Positions 40,159 through 51,526 of a stretch of 64,000 nucleotides of DNA are shown piece after piece. Numbering within the stretch: the stretch's first letter is position 1; each line of letters begins with the position of its first letter. Position numbers and translations under genes: made by a program. The stretch spans positions 160,001-224,000 of the forward strand of contig JAVRCJ020000006.1 of NCBI GenBank assembly GCA_034530875.2. Direction: 5' to 3'. Below the pieces are notes generated by a model. It was not told the DNA's origin. It was given only the letters and a program-made list of their open reading frames with translations, and searched no databases. This stretch comes from Nostoc sp. DedSLP01 (GTDB lineage: Bacteria; Cyanobacteriota; Cyanobacteriia; Cyanobacteriales; Nostocaceae).

Positions 40159-40529
40159 ATTTTAAAAAACCAAAGGAGTAGGGAGTAGGAGGGAAGAAAG
40201 TGTTTCTTTCATTTGTAGTTGGTGGTGCGCCACCTGTGCTCCTGCTCTTAACTATTACCTATTCCATAATTAAGAGTCACAAGTTCCAAATTTTGATTTT
40301 CGAGCGAGAGTGGAGACGCAAACACTCCGACTCCACTCTTGACTAAGTTTTTAATTTAAATTTAAGTAAGAGTTGAAAATTTTAAGCTAAACAAATTTAT
40401 AGCTACTTCATGGAAGTTGGTGTATCTTTAGTTCAAAAATTCCTTTGATTTTGGTAGATTTTCACCTACTTAGATAGATGCAAATTCTACCTCATACTCC
40501 ACTAAACTTATTTTGTATTTATACCTATT

Positions 40530-40830
40530 TGAAAAAAGAATGCGAGAGGTCTATTGTATGGGGGCGCAGAACTAGCTGTGCGCCCCTACTATTTAGCTTA
40601 TTCAAAGAAAAATCGCTGTATATGTTTTATACTTCGATTTATCGAAACAATCGGGTCTAAAACCGGGCTTCGCCCCGCTACGTTCGCGGAGCGTCTCGTT
40701 GACGTAGCCTCTCGTAGAGAAGAGAAGACAGCCTTTTAAAGCGAAAAGTTTTTGGAGCGGGGTATAATCCCCCTTACAAAAAGGGCCTCCTGCCCCCTGC
40801 CTCTTGCCTCCTGTCTTCGTTAAGTATTTA
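40530..40830. repeat. mosaic of REP-like (ggggcgca...tgcgcccctac), SDR-like (gcgtctcg) and STRR repeats
   Basis: Palindromes read directly from the sequence. Confidence 0.6.
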
Positions 40831-40984
40831 TGTGTTTATAAAAATACGGCACAGAAATATATCTTTAGCAGTCTTGAAGAGGTAGGTTTTAAAACCTAGA
40901 TTACTCAAGTGTATAGTTTGATACACCTTACTCGCTATTATCTGAGTTCGAGTAGTCGATTTCTATGTCCATCTACTAGTCGGT

Positions 40985-42484
40985 ATGTCTAATCGCCCTT
41001 TAAAAGTTGAAAAATCGAGATTATTTTGGCGACGCCTATTTGCTGTAGTTTTCAGTAGTAGTTCGTTGCTTTCCTGTTTTGGCAGCCAACCAGCAACAGC
41101 ACAAGTAACCCAGTATTGTCAGTTATCACCAGCAGCGGCGCAAGAAAAAGAAAGCTTACGTTTAGCAGGTTTCAAAGGCAATAAAAATGCCCAGGCTCAA
41201 TATCAAAAAATATTACAAGAACAGGCACAGGAATTAAAGGAGTGCCGGAGTCGGACTTGGCCGCAAATCCAAGCAATGTGGTTGCGCTTGTATCCCTGTG
41301 ATATTTACCCAGGATCTATCGATCGCGTTATGGATCGGATTGTCAATGGTGGCTATAACCAAGTTTATTTAGAAGTATTTTACGATGGGCAGGTATTATT
41401 GCCAGCAGCTGCTAACCGCACGGTTTGGCCTTCTGTGATTCGGACACCGGGAACGGAAAACATCGATTTACTCTCTGTAGCGATTCAAAAAGCTCGGCAA
41501 CGTGGTTTGAAGGTCTACGCTTGGATGTTTACGACAAATTTCGGCTATACTTACGCCCAGCGGCGAGATCGAGAAGCTGCGATCGCTCGCAATGGCAAAG
41601 GTCAAACAAGCTTATATGTTGTAGATAATGGCTCTCAAGTATTTATCGACCCCTACAACCCCCAAGCAAAACGCGACTACTACCAATTAGTACAGGAAGT
41701 TTTACGCCGTCGTCCAGATGGCTTGCTGTTAGACTACGTGCGTTATCCCCGACAAGCAGGAAGTGATTCCATCGCCACTAAAGTTTCAGATTTATGGCTA
41801 TATACTCCTGCAACTCAAGAAGCTTTATTTAAACGGGCACAGAATTACAAAGGGCTGGACTTAATTCGCCGCTTTTTAACTAACGGATATGTTACCGCTG
41901 CCGATATAGGGGAAGTCGACCGACTTTATCCCCAAGAAGGCGAACCCCTCTGGCAAGGACGCATTCCCCCACCAGCCCAAAAATCAATTCAGCCTGCAAC
42001 CGATAGACAGCCGCTTTTACAATGGGAGTTGTGGCAGCTCGCTGTTGCCCACGCCATGCAAGGAATTCTAGATTTTGTCACCATCGCCAGTTATCCAGCA
42101 AAACAACAAGGTATTTCCACAGGAGTTGTGTTTTTCCCTGAGGGTAACCAAACTGTTGGACAAGGTTATGATTCCCGCTTGCAACCTTGGGATAGATTCC
42201 CCACAACACTGGAGTGGCATCCCATGTCTTATGGTGCTTGCGGTAATGTAAGTTGTATCGTGTCCCAAGTAGAGCGAGTTTTGAGTATGGCAAAACCGGG
42301 CACAAAGATCGTCCCTGCTTTAGCTGGTCGGTGGGGAAAACCCATCAGTAATCGTCCGTCGCTAGAAGTACAAATGCAGGCGCTTCGCAAATTTGCCCCC
42401 CAAATTAAAGGAGTGAGCCATTTTGCCTATTCTTGGCAATATCCTGACAATGATAGCGATCGCAAATTTTGTCGCAATCGCTAA
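40985..42484 (+). CDS. glycosyl hydrolase-like family 10 (DUF187) secreted protein
   Basis: 'AMWLRL', 'YNQVYLEVFYDG', 'GLKVYAW', 'DGLLLDYVRYP'. Confidence 0.8.
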   Translation: MSNRPLKVEKSRLFWRRLFAVVFSSSSLLSCFGSQPATAQVTQYCQLSPAAAQEKESLRLAGFKGNKNAQAQYQKILQEQAQELKECRSRTWPQIQAMWLRLYPCDIYPGSIDRVMDRIVNGGYNQVYLEVFYDGQVLLPAAANRTVWPSVIRTPGTENIDLLSVAIQKARQRGLKVYAWMFTTNFGYTYAQRRDREAAIARNGKGQTSLYVVDNGSQVFIDPYNPQAKRDYYQLVQEVLRRRPDGLLLDYVRYPRQAGSDSIATKVSDLWLYTPATQEALFKRAQNYKGLDLIRRFLTNGYVTAADIGEVDRLYPQEGEPLWQGRIPPPAQKSIQPATDRQPLLQWELWQLAVAHAMQGILDFVTIASYPAKQQGISTGVVFFPEGNQTVGQGYDSRLQPWDRFPTTLEWHPMSYGACGNVSCIVSQVERVLSMAKPGTKIVPALAGRWGKPISNRPSLEVQMQALRKFAPQIKGVSHFAYSWQYPDNDSDRKFCRNR

Positions 42485-42555
42485 ACAGAAGTCAGGAGTC
42501 AGAATTCTGAATTCTATATTCTTTATTCTGTATTCTGAATTCTGAATTCTGACAA

Positions 42556-43182
42556 TTAACTTAAAGCCAAGTCCTCTGGTGTATTACAGTTAAACAGCAT
42601 TTCTGGTTCTGGTAGAGGCAAAACTTCTACCGGATGTTGCCCCAACCAATTTTGAAACGATCGCCCCCCTTGGTTGATAAAATCCAGGAGTTGTGGCAAA
42701 CAGCGACGCCGATAAAAACCACAAAGAGGTTCCCAGCCTTTGGGATGATGAGCTAAAGCTGCGATCGCATCATCCCCTACACGATCGAGTCTAGTCGCCC
42801 ATTCTTGCAAAACTTCAACCCGTAACTTTGGCAAATCGCAAGCCAGCAATAATACCCATTCTGTCTTTACTTGGGCTAATCCTTGGGCAAACCCAACTAA
42901 AGGACCGTGTGTCTCCACATCACAAGGCAAAGGTACTTCTTGGATAAAGTGGCAATCAGGCAATAGCAAATGTTGATAGCGTTCCGGCCAAGGAGTAACT
43001 ATATAAATAGTATCGGCACAGCCTTTGGCAATTCCATAAATCCGCTGCAATAATGGCAAACCTTGAATGGAAATCAGGGCTTTATCCTCACCCATGCGAG
43101 AACTCTTACCCCCAGCCAACACAATTGCCGTTAATTTACTAGAAGTAAAGCTAACAGTAATGCTTTCGTCTTCTGTACCCAC
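42556..43182 (-). CDS. mobA: molybdenum cofactor guanylyltransferase
   Basis: 'LAGGKSSRMGEDKA', 'GPL.G', 'LACDLP', 'FNCNTPEDL'. Confidence 0.92.
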   Translation of the reverse strand: MGTEDESITVSFTSSKLTAIVLAGGKSSRMGEDKALISIQGLPLLQRIYGIAKGCADTIYIVTPWPERYQHLLLPDCHFIQEVPLPCDVETHGPLVGFAQGLAQVKTEWVLLLACDLPKLRVEVLQEWATRLDRVGDDAIAALAHHPKGWEPLCGFYRRRCLPQLLDFINQGGRSFQNWLGQHPVEVLPLPEPEMLFNCNTPEDLALS

Positions 43183-43192
43183 TCCCTACTCC

Positions 43193-45259
43193 CTACCTAC
43201 TCTCTACTCCCCGATTCTGACTTTGTTCGACTTGCTGCAATAACTTTTCTACACTTTCTGCTGGTGCAAGGCACTTTAAACCTTGGCAAACTAAACCAAC
43301 GCTTCCCTCTGGTAAATCGGATACCACGCTAAAGACGGCACTCGGTAAAAACTTGGGAATAAGAGAATTAATTCGTTCTGCTGTGCTGCGAATCAAGGTA
43401 GAGTTACGATACCAATCCAAAGCTGTAAATAAGCTCGGACAAGCTTGGGGAGCGCGATGCATGACACTCCTAAAAGCTTTTAAACCTTGTTCTGCTAAAT
43501 CCAAATAATGTAGATTATCAGTGATTAAAGCCAAACGTACCAGATTAGCGATCGCTACTCCATTAGCTGATGCTGTGGCATTATCCGCATAACTGCGCTC
43601 TCGCACAATTAAATCTTGACTAGCATCGCTAGATGTGTTATAGTAGCCACCTAATTCTACGCTCCAGAGAAATTCATTAAATTCATCTTGAATAGCGATC
43701 GCTTTTTCTAACCATTGCTTATTTTCGGGGTTGGCAGCTTGTAAATCGAGGAGAGCTTTGATAAAAAAGGCGTAATCTTCAGACTGAGCTAAAACTGTTG
43801 CTTCCCCTTGATAGTTGAGTCGGTGGAAACGCCCATTCACAAACTGCCGATCTAAAATGAAATTCGCTGCTCGTGTTGCTAGTTCTAAGTATGAAGGTTG
43901 CTGAAATACCCCCGCAGCCCTAGCTAAACCAGAAATCATCAAGCTATTCCAAGCAACAATCATTTTCGTATCTGTCACCGAGGGAATGCGACCTGGCCAG
44001 TTAGTAGTTTTTGCTTCTTGATTGTTGCGAGCTGGGGGAAATGTTTCGAGTTCGGGACTAGCCCCATAACGAAAAGTAAAAAGTTTGCTGAGTGCTGTTT
44101 CTAGTGTTGCGCTCAATTGTCCTGAATGGCGTCTTTGTAAAACATTCTTGCCTTCAAAGTTACCCTTAGGGCTTACCGTAAACTGTTGTTCTAATTCCGT
44201 TAGTTCTTCCGGGGTTAACAGTTGTTGCAGTTCGCTGTAAGTCCAGACGTAAAACGCTCCTTCCTCTGGTTCGACTGCTGTGGGTTCGATGAAGCTGTCG
44301 GCATCTTGAGCAGCATAGAAGTAACCTTCAGGCGCGGTCATTTCACGTTTTAGCCATTGTACGGTAAGTGCGATCGCTCTTTTAAAAGCTGGCTCTTGTA
44401 TGCCTGCACTCCACAAACAAGCCAGATACTCGACAATTTGCCCATTGTCGTAAAGCATCTTTTCAAAGTGGGGTACAGTCCAAGTCGGGTCAACAGTATA
44501 ACGGTGAAACCCACCCCCTACATGGTCGTAAATTCCTCCCAGTGCTAGGTCTAGTCCTCGTTGGGTACAAACTCGATCGCCATCATACCGAGATTCAAAA
44601 TTAAATCGAGTTCCCCGCAGTGCTAATTCTGCGTAGGGGATCATCGGAAAGCTATTGCCAGTTTGATTAGGAGTAATTATGGCTGTGCTAGTTTCCCAAC
44701 CTTGTCGGAATAATTCCCGATCTTCTAGCTCGTTTGTGGTTGCATCTTGTAACACCGCAGACGTCAGCAACGACTCAAGAATTAAGGCTTTGCGTTGCTG
44801 TAAGTCTTGTTTTTCTGTATCGTAATAACGGCGTAGTGCTTGCAACACTTGTAAAAAGCCGGGACGACCATAGCGTTGGTCTATAGGGAAGTAAGTACCA
44901 GCATAAAATGGCACTAAATCCTCTGGGGAAAGAAACACATTTAAAGGCCAGCCTCCTTGACCGCTCATCATCTGCAAAGCTTGCATGTAGATGCTATCGA
45001 TGTCAGGTCTTTCTTCTCGATCTACTTTGATAGGAAGAAAGTTGGCATTCATGTACTGAGCGATCGCTAAATCGGAAAAAGCCTCACCTTCCATCACAGT
45101 ACACCAGTGGCAACTAGAGTAACCAATGGAGAGAAAAATCGGTTTATCTTGCGCTTTTGCAGTTGCAAGTGCTTCATCACACCAAGGCCACCAGTCAATG
45201 GGGTTTTCGGCGTGTTTGCACAGATACAGGCTCTTAGCTTCAGCAAGGCGATTAGTCAT
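43193..45259 (-). CDS. YyaL/SSP411 thioredoxin-domain protein
   Basis: '[20 protein letters not shown]', 'CHWC', '[10 protein letters not shown]'. Confidence 0.92.
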   Translation of the reverse strand: MTNRLAEAKSLYLCKHAENPIDWWPWCDEALATAKAQDKPIFLSIGYSSCHWCTVMEGEAFSDLAIAQYMNANFLPIKVDREERPDIDSIYMQALQMMSGQGGWPLNVFLSPEDLVPFYAGTYFPIDQRYGRPGFLQVLQALRRYYDTEKQDLQQRKALILESLLTSAVLQDATTNELEDRELFRQGWETSTAIITPNQTGNSFPMIPYAELALRGTRFNFESRYDGDRVCTQRGLDLALGGIYDHVGGGFHRYTVDPTWTVPHFEKMLYDNGQIVEYLACLWSAGIQEPAFKRAIALTVQWLKREMTAPEGYFYAAQDADSFIEPTAVEPEEGAFYVWTYSELQQLLTPEELTELEQQFTVSPKGNFEGKNVLQRRHSGQLSATLETALSKLFTFRYGASPELETFPPARNNQEAKTTNWPGRIPSVTDTKMIVAWNSLMISGLARAAGVFQQPSYLELATRAANFILDRQFVNGRFHRLNYQGEATVLAQSEDYAFFIKALLDLQAANPENKQWLEKAIAIQDEFNEFLWSVELGGYYNTSSDASQDLIVRERSYADNATASANGVAIANLVRLALITDNLHYLDLAEQGLKAFRSVMHRAPQACPSLFTALDWYRNSTLIRSTAERINSLIPKFLPSAVFSVVSDLPEGSVGLVCQGLKCLAPAESVEKLLQQVEQSQNRGVESR

Positions 45260-46134
45260 AATCAAATGCAAATAGTTGCCTTATTTGCTCAGTCTACCTT
45301 GTTGCCAGGAGTGTTCGTATCGATTGATGTGTATATATAGAAATAAACCCTACGAGAGAATTATTTCTTGGGTAGGAGGCAGTGTCTAGATATTTTTAGT
45401 GCCACCTACACATATAGAAGTTATAAAAATTTTTACCGAAAATTACGCAATAGCAAACTGACGATAATATTTGTCGGCGTTTCGGGTGTAGGTGATACTG
45501 CTTTTGTCTCAACTATAGTATTTGCGCTAAATCCTGCTATCAGGTGCAGCAAGAAGGTGATGATAGCGGCTTGTAAGAGTCTTTCCCGCATGGCACGTCT
45601 CTCTCGATGGATAGCATTTCAATTAGGACTAGTAATTGTAAATACACCTCAGTACTATCGATTTACTGAATCTAACAAAAATAATTTGACAATAGCTGAG
45701 GAAAATTCTGAAAAAATGTTTAAAATATTACTTTCATTTAATAGAATTCCTCAAGCCAATCGAATTTCAGTTATTAAAGCGATCGCTACATCACCGAAGT
45801 CATACAGCAAACGTCGATATCTGAGCATTGGCTACAGCCAGTCTTTTTTGATTGTTATTCCCGAAGTAGGGACATCCTCAAAAGACAGTTTTTGCATTTG
45901 AAAAGTGCCCTGACTGAGTGTAACTGATGCTGAAAACTGTTGAAATTCGATTCTGATAAATTAATTTGAAGATCCGGATTTAGAACTTAGAACTATTGCA
46001 AAGTTATGTTTTGCACTGTTGCCAGAGACAACAAAATAGGAAAAATTTAAATCTACTAGATGACAGGAGAGATAAACCCCAGTTTGCTGTTGCGATCGAT
46101 AAAATGTATTTAATATAGCCACAAACACGCTTCC

Positions 46135-46740
46135 ATGATTCCTATCGTTATTGAACAATCGGGTCGAGGTGAACGCGCCTTTGACATCTACTCACGGCTG
46201 TTGCGTGAGCGCATCGTATTTTTGGGACAACAAGTTGACAACAATCTCGCCAACTTGATTGTCGCCCAACTGCTGTATTTGGATGCTGAAGACTCGGAGA
46301 AAGACATCTATATGTATATCAATTCTCCCGGTGGTTCCGTGACGGCTGGCATGGGCATTTTTGATACTATGAAGCAAATTCGCCCAGATGTCTGTACCAT
46401 TTGTACCGGATTAGCGGCGAGTATGGGCGCTTTTCTCCTCAGCGCTGGTACTAAGGGTAAACGGATGAGTCTACCTCATTCTCGGATTATGATTCACCAA
46501 CCTTTAGGCGGCGCTCAAGGACAAGCGACTGAGATTGAAATTCAGGCGCGCGAAATTCTCTACCACAAGCGGCGGCTAAACGAATATTTAGCCGAACATA
46601 CAGGTCAACCAATCGAGCGTATTGCTGAAGATACCGAACGCGACTTTTTTATGTCGCCAGAAGAAGCTAAAGATTATGGCTTGATTGACCAAGTAATTGA
46701 CCGCCACGCTGCTGGTAGCCGTCCAGTGGCACTAGTTTAG
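46135..46740 (+). CDS. clpP: ATP-dependent Clp protease proteolytic subunit
   Basis: '[14 protein letters not shown]', 'INSPGG', 'AASMG', 'MIHQP', 'ERDFFMS'. Confidence 0.96.
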   Translation: MIPIVIEQSGRGERAFDIYSRLLRERIVFLGQQVDNNLANLIVAQLLYLDAEDSEKDIYMYINSPGGSVTAGMGIFDTMKQIRPDVCTICTGLAASMGAFLLSAGTKGKRMSLPHSRIMIHQPLGGAQGQATEIEIQAREILYHKRRLNEYLAEHTGQPIERIAEDTERDFFMSPEEAKDYGLIDQVIDRHAAGSRPVALV

Positions 46741-46786
46741 TCATTAGTCATTAGTCATTAGCAAAAGACAGAGGACTAATGACTAA

Positions 46787-47161
46787 TCAAAATCCTGTTG
46801 GCGGATCTGATTGAGATTGCAGGTATTCCTTGAATTCCTGCAATTCTTCATAGGTCAGGAAAGTACGCGATCGCTTTCCATAGGTTTTAATTAGAAGTTG
46901 CCGTACCTGTTCTGGCGTCCAGCTTAACTGCTCCCTTTCGATATCTGTTTGAGAAATGAGATCTTCGTCTAATGCTGGTGTCGGTTGAGATTTAAGGCAT
47001 TGGAGAAAGTTTAGTAATTCTTCTTCTGTGAGTGAAGTACGCGATCGCTTGCCATAAGTTTTAATCAGATGTTCCTGCTCCTGATTTGTTGTCCAACCTA
47101 ATCGCTGCATTTCAAAATCTATTTCTTGACCTATTGCTTTAGAGAAATTAAAAGGTTCCAT
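46787..47161 (-). CDS. hypothetical protein made of two tandem copies of the C-terminal domain of the upstream gene
   Basis: Two 'L.WT..Q....LIKTYGKRSRT.LT.EEL..F...L.SQ' units. Confidence 0.8.
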   Translation of the reverse strand: MEPFNFSKAIGQEIDFEMQRLGWTTNQEQEHLIKTYGKRSRTSLTEEELLNFLQCLKSQPTPALDEDLISQTDIEREQLSWTPEQVRQLLIKTYGKRSRTFLTYEELQEFKEYLQSQSDPPTGF

Positions 47162-47241
47162 AGATTAATTAGTATTTCAATAGCCTATGTCTTTTGTCAT
47201 TAGTCCTTACTAATCACCAATGACAAAAGACGAATGACTAA

Positions 47242-48126
47242 CTAAAATCCCGCTATCGGGTCTGGCTGAGATTGGAGATACTTGAGAAATCCGTGTAATT
47301 CTTCTTCAGTCAGCAAAGTGCGTCCGCGCTTACCGTAGGTAGTAATTAGATGTTCTCGCCCCTGTTCTGGTGTCCAGCCTAAGCGCTGAAGCTCGACATC
47401 TGTTTTGGCAATTACATCAGATAAATCTACAGGTTCAGCTTTTTTCTTTCTCTTACTTGTGCTTGCCTGGGGAACTGTATCTTCTTGAAGACTATAATTC
47501 CGGGGTGTAAATGGTGTGACGTTACTAGCAGAAATTCCTGAAAATGTTGGATTTTCTATCTGCTTACCAGACATCACTTCTAGGTTTTCCCCTCCGGTAT
47601 CAAATTCTAGTTGTCGGTTAGCACTCAGAGCAAACTGTTCGCTTAAATTTGGGCTGTAGGTATCGCTGGCGCTTGGTATGTCAGCTGTCACTTCTATTCT
47701 GCTGGTAGCGGCTGGCGTATCTAAATTCTCAGTTTTTACTGGTTCTAACTTAATGTTCTCTTTTTTGGTTGGTGGTATGGATATTTCTTTATCTTTAGCA
47801 ACTGACCACTGACCAGCAACAAAATCCTCATTTTTTGTAGGTGAATAAGTAGAATCACTCAATCCACCTTTAGCGTTCAATGAAGGATTTGGTTGTGCCT
47901 GAGAAACTGACTCCTGTGGCGCATTGGTCATTCCCAAAACCATTAAAGCTCTAGTTCTGGCTTGGTCTTCTGCTGCTTCTATTGTTTCTGCCGATGCCAT
48001 ACCCGTAGCACGGGTTACGCCTTCAATGAGCACGCTTGCTCGGACAATATATTTTCCTTGAAAAATTTGGACTAATTCAGAAATCAGGCTGCCGTTGGGA
48101 TACAAGCTCTGGAATTGAGCCAACAT
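47242..48126 (-). CDS. hypothetical protein (possible Rad52/SSAP-like N-domain, low-complexity linker, C-terminal helical domain)
   Basis: N-domain 'F..YPNG.L.SEL...YIVRA...ATG.A...E.AEDQA..RAL..LG'; C-domain 'LGWTPEQGREHL..TYGKRGR..LTEEEL'. Confidence 0.75.
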   Translation of the reverse strand: MLAQFQSLYPNGSLISELVQIFQGKYIVRASVLIEGVTRATGMASAETIEAAEDQARTRALMVLGMTNAPQESVSQAQPNPSLNAKGGLSDSTYSPTKNEDFVAGQWSVAKDKEISIPPTKKENIKLEPVKTENLDTPAATSRIEVTADIPSASDTYSPNLSEQFALSANRQLEFDTGGENLEVMSGKQIENPTFSGISASNVTPFTPRNYSLQEDTVPQASTSKRKKKAEPVDLSDVIAKTDVELQRLGWTPEQGREHLITTYGKRGRTLLTEEELHGFLKYLQSQPDPIAGF

Positions 48127-49154
48127 AATACTGTTACCAATCTAAGGGGAGTGGGGAGTGGGGAGTGGGGAGATGGGGAGGCAGGGGAGCAAGGGGAAAA
48201 GGTTAAAGGGAAAAGGGAAAAGGAATAAATTTAATTTTACCCCTTTCCCCCTTACCCCTTTCCCTTTCCCCATTCCTATGCCTCATGCCCTAAAGTAATA
48301 TTCTTGCTTTGTCTTGTGTCCCAATTGTAGCAGTAGCTCTTTTTTGAGGAAATTTTTAGCTAGTGCTAACTTATGTGGGTAGTCTTGTTTGTAATGTTAT
48401 ACTGATTAGCCAAATTAATGTCTATAACTCTTTTCTCGAAGTGCGCTCTAAATCTACAATAATGTAGATAAGGTTCGCCCTCACTGCTTATTAAGCTGAT
48501 CGCCTAATTGTTACCGATTCTACGTGTGGAAAAATTGGGTTTACCAGCAGTTCCTCCTAGTTAAAATCAGAGTCTAATGGCGTAAAATTACCTTCAATCT
48601 AGACAATCAAATACCTGTGATTTTACCCGTACACCGCTTTGGGCAGCATGGATTCTCCAAAGCCAGCTTCTCAAAAACCGTTACGTAATTACCTAGTGGG
48701 GCTAAATCTCAATCAGGCGTACTTTCTAAGTTTGGTTAGATGAAGGAATTTAAACTCAGGCGAACTCTGAGAGCATCGTACAGTGAGAGCTCCAAAAAAC
48801 GCCCAGAGTTGATTGTGGGTCGGCTTCCTCGGCTTAACACAACTTTGGGAGCAATTTCCTGCAAGGCTAGGTTGGCTTCCTTTCCTTGGAACTTAGGAAG
48901 CCTTGCCTCAGGGCAATTCGTTTCCAGCTTGTTTCTGTAAGCCGTCAATACCCTTTAGGCTCTTAAAAGGGTAAAGGTGAAAGCGAAAACAGAAGAAGAG
49001 AAAGGTTAAACGGGAAAAGCCTCAAGATATGCTTTTTTCCCTTTATCCTCTTATCATCAGCTGATATGGCTTACCTTTCGCCTTCTTTGGTAAGGGCATA
49101 CAGGAAAGAACCAGATAAAAAAAATGATGTTTTGACCAAAGGTCGGTTCACTGC

Positions 49155-51509
49155 ATGGAATTTTCAATCGCTACACTCCTTGCCAATTTCACCGATGATA
49201 AATTGGTGGCTCGCAAAGTTTTGGAAAAGAAACTTGGTTGTGAAGATGAAAAAAGTTTACAAAAACTTCACATAGCCTTAGATGTTCTCGAAAAAATCGG
49301 TATTTTGGTAAAAGAACGCGGCAAGTATCGCCGTGTTGTAGAAGAGGGAATCATCGAAGCAAAACTCCGTTGTTCTAGTAAGGGTTTTTGCTTTGCGATT
49401 CAAGATGTGGAAGGAGCTGAGGATATTTACATTCGTGAAAGCCATTTGAGTAATGCTTGGAATGGCGATCGCGTTTTGGTCAGAGTCCTCAAAGAAGGCA
49501 GTCGCCGTCGCTCTCCCGAAGGAGAGGTAAAGCTAATCTTAGAACGTTCCAACCACACGTTACTGGCACGAATTAAGCAAGTAGAAAATGGTTTTCGGGC
49601 TGTGCCTTTAGACGACCGACTACTGTTTGAACTCAAGATTCAAGCTAATGGTGCGAAATTAGAAGATGCGATCGATCATCTCGCCCATGTGGAAGTCTTG
49701 CGTTACCCATTAGCTCAATACCCCCCTTTGGGTCGGGTAGTGCAAATCCTCGGCAGCGATGCCGAAGCTGCTGCTGATATAGATTTGGTAACATGTAAGC
49801 ATGACCTTTCCCGCACTTTCCCGGATAACGTCCTCGAAGCAGCTTCTAAGTTACCGAAAAAGCTTTTAAAAGCAGACCTGAAAAATCGCTTAGATTTACG
49901 TAAGATTTTTGCCATTACTATTGAAGGTGTAAATGATGACACCAAAGTAATCGAAAATGCCTTCAGTTTGGAAAGAAATCCTAGCGGAAATTGGCTTTTA
50001 GGAGTTCATATCGCGGATCTTTCTCACTATGTCCAACCTGATGAAGCCTTAGATAGAGAAGCACTCAAACGAGGCAAATCAGTTTATTTGGGTGAATTGA
50101 TCCTGCCAATGTTACCGCCAGTTGTGGCAGAACGCTGTTCTTTGGTGCCGGGAAGCGATCGCTTAACCATCTCTTTTCTAATTACCATCGATCCGAAATC
50201 CGGACAAATCGTAGAGTGGGAAATTCAACCAAGCGTCATCAAGGTCGAAACTGCATTAACTACAGAACAAGCCGAGGAAATTCTCTCAGGTGAATATCAC
50301 AATCAATCTCCAGAGGTGTTGGAAATCCTGCAAAATCTCCAAGCTTTGCAAAGAGATTTAAAACAGGTCAGGTTAAATCGTGGTAGCCTCCAGTTAAATC
50401 TGCCCCCCAGCCAAAACCCGTATTATGATGAGGGAATTCTTGGGGCTGTGGTGGTTAACGATTTACCAGTGCGATCGCTACTGACCGAGTTGGTGCTATT
50501 AGTTAATCAACTGATGGCAACTCACTTAAATGCCCTTGGCGTTCCCGCTATCTGGCGAGTCCAAGGCACGCCGGATATCGAAGATGTCCAGGAAATGCTG
50601 AAATTGGCCATCAATTTAGGCGTTGACCTCAGCCTAGACCCAGAAGCAGATATCCAACCTTTAGATTATCAGCATTTGACTAGAGCTTTTGCCGAATCTC
50701 CCTCCGAGCAAGTTCTCACCTATTTGTTGCAAGATACTCTCAAGCCTTCTGCATACAGCACCACCAAAGGATCTCACTTTGGTCTAGCGCTAGGGCAATA
50801 CGTCCACTTTAGCGCTCCTTTACGGCGTTACCCAGATTTGCTAATGCAGAGAGTGTATTACACGCTACTCGAACATGGACGCGATCGCCGTAACACCCGC
50901 GTCAGAGAAAAAGTAAACCTGCGCCATTCGTCCAGCCACGCCGAAATTAACTGGAATGTTCTACCCCCAGAATTGCAACAAGAACTCCAAAGCGATTTGA
51001 CTAGGGTAATTGTCCAAATCAATGACCGAGAAAAAGAAGTCCAAGAAGCCGAAGCTGATTTAGCAGGATTGCAAAAAGCTCAACTGATGAAGCAGCGAAT
51101 TGGTGAGGTATTTCAAGGCGTGATTACCGGCGTTCAATCCTACGGTTTCTTTGTGGAAATTGAAGTACCAGCAGAGGCGATTGAATCCAGCAGTAGCCTT
51201 GGCGTACCCCTGAGAGTAGAAGGGTTGGTACACGTTAGTTCTCTCAAAGATGATTGGTATGAATACCGCGCCAGACAGCAAGCACTTTTTGGTCGCAAAA
51301 ATCGTGCTTCATATAGATTGGGCGATCGCGTCGCCGTGCAAGTGAAGAGTGTCGATTACTACCGTCAACAAATTGATTTAGTGACTGTTGGTAGCGATGG
51401 CGTACCTAAAGGTTTAGCTGGTGGCGCTGCAAATGATGATATTTCCGACCTCTATTTAGGAAATGATATTGAAGGTGATGACCTAGACCCTTATGCTGAG
51501 GATGAGTAA
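49155..51509 (+). CDS. RNase II/R family protein (Zam-like)
   Basis: Cold-shock OB domain 'KGFCFA', RNB domain 'HFSAPLRRYPDL', C-terminal S1; the usual DLDD catalytic motif appears degenerate ('VIENAFS'). Confidence 0.88.
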   Translation: MEFSIATLLANFTDDKLVARKVLEKKLGCEDEKSLQKLHIALDVLEKIGILVKERGKYRRVVEEGIIEAKLRCSSKGFCFAIQDVEGAEDIYIRESHLSNAWNGDRVLVRVLKEGSRRRSPEGEVKLILERSNHTLLARIKQVENGFRAVPLDDRLLFELKIQANGAKLEDAIDHLAHVEVLRYPLAQYPPLGRVVQILGSDAEAAADIDLVTCKHDLSRTFPDNVLEAASKLPKKLLKADLKNRLDLRKIFAITIEGVNDDTKVIENAFSLERNPSGNWLLGVHIADLSHYVQPDEALDREALKRGKSVYLGELILPMLPPVVAERCSLVPGSDRLTISFLITIDPKSGQIVEWEIQPSVIKVETALTTEQAEEILSGEYHNQSPEVLEILQNLQALQRDLKQVRLNRGSLQLNLPPSQNPYYDEGILGAVVVNDLPVRSLLTELVLLVNQLMATHLNALGVPAIWRVQGTPDIEDVQEMLKLAINLGVDLSLDPEADIQPLDYQHLTRAFAESPSEQVLTYLLQDTLKPSAYSTTKGSHFGLALGQYVHFSAPLRRYPDLLMQRVYYTLLEHGRDRRNTRVREKVNLRHSSSHAEINWNVLPPELQQELQSDLTRVIVQINDREKEVQEAEADLAGLQKAQLMKQRIGEVFQGVITGVQSYGFFVEIEVPAEAIESSSSLGVPLRVEGLVHVSSLKDDWYEYRARQQALFGRKNRASYRLGDRVAVQVKSVDYYRQQIDLVTVGSDGVPKGLAGGAANDDISDLYLGNDIEGDDLDPYAEDE

Positions 51510-51526
51510 ATAACCTTAGATTTTTC

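Noticed and set aside
45368..45901. 177-aa ORF upstream of clpP
   Set aside because: TTG start, no RBS, no motif and atypical composition; more likely a chance frame in the divergent promoter region, though not excluded
48736..48948. Two ~70-aa opposing ORFs upstream of the RNase gene
   Set aside because: No motif or RBS; the region is better explained as structured non-coding RNA, though a uORF is not excluded
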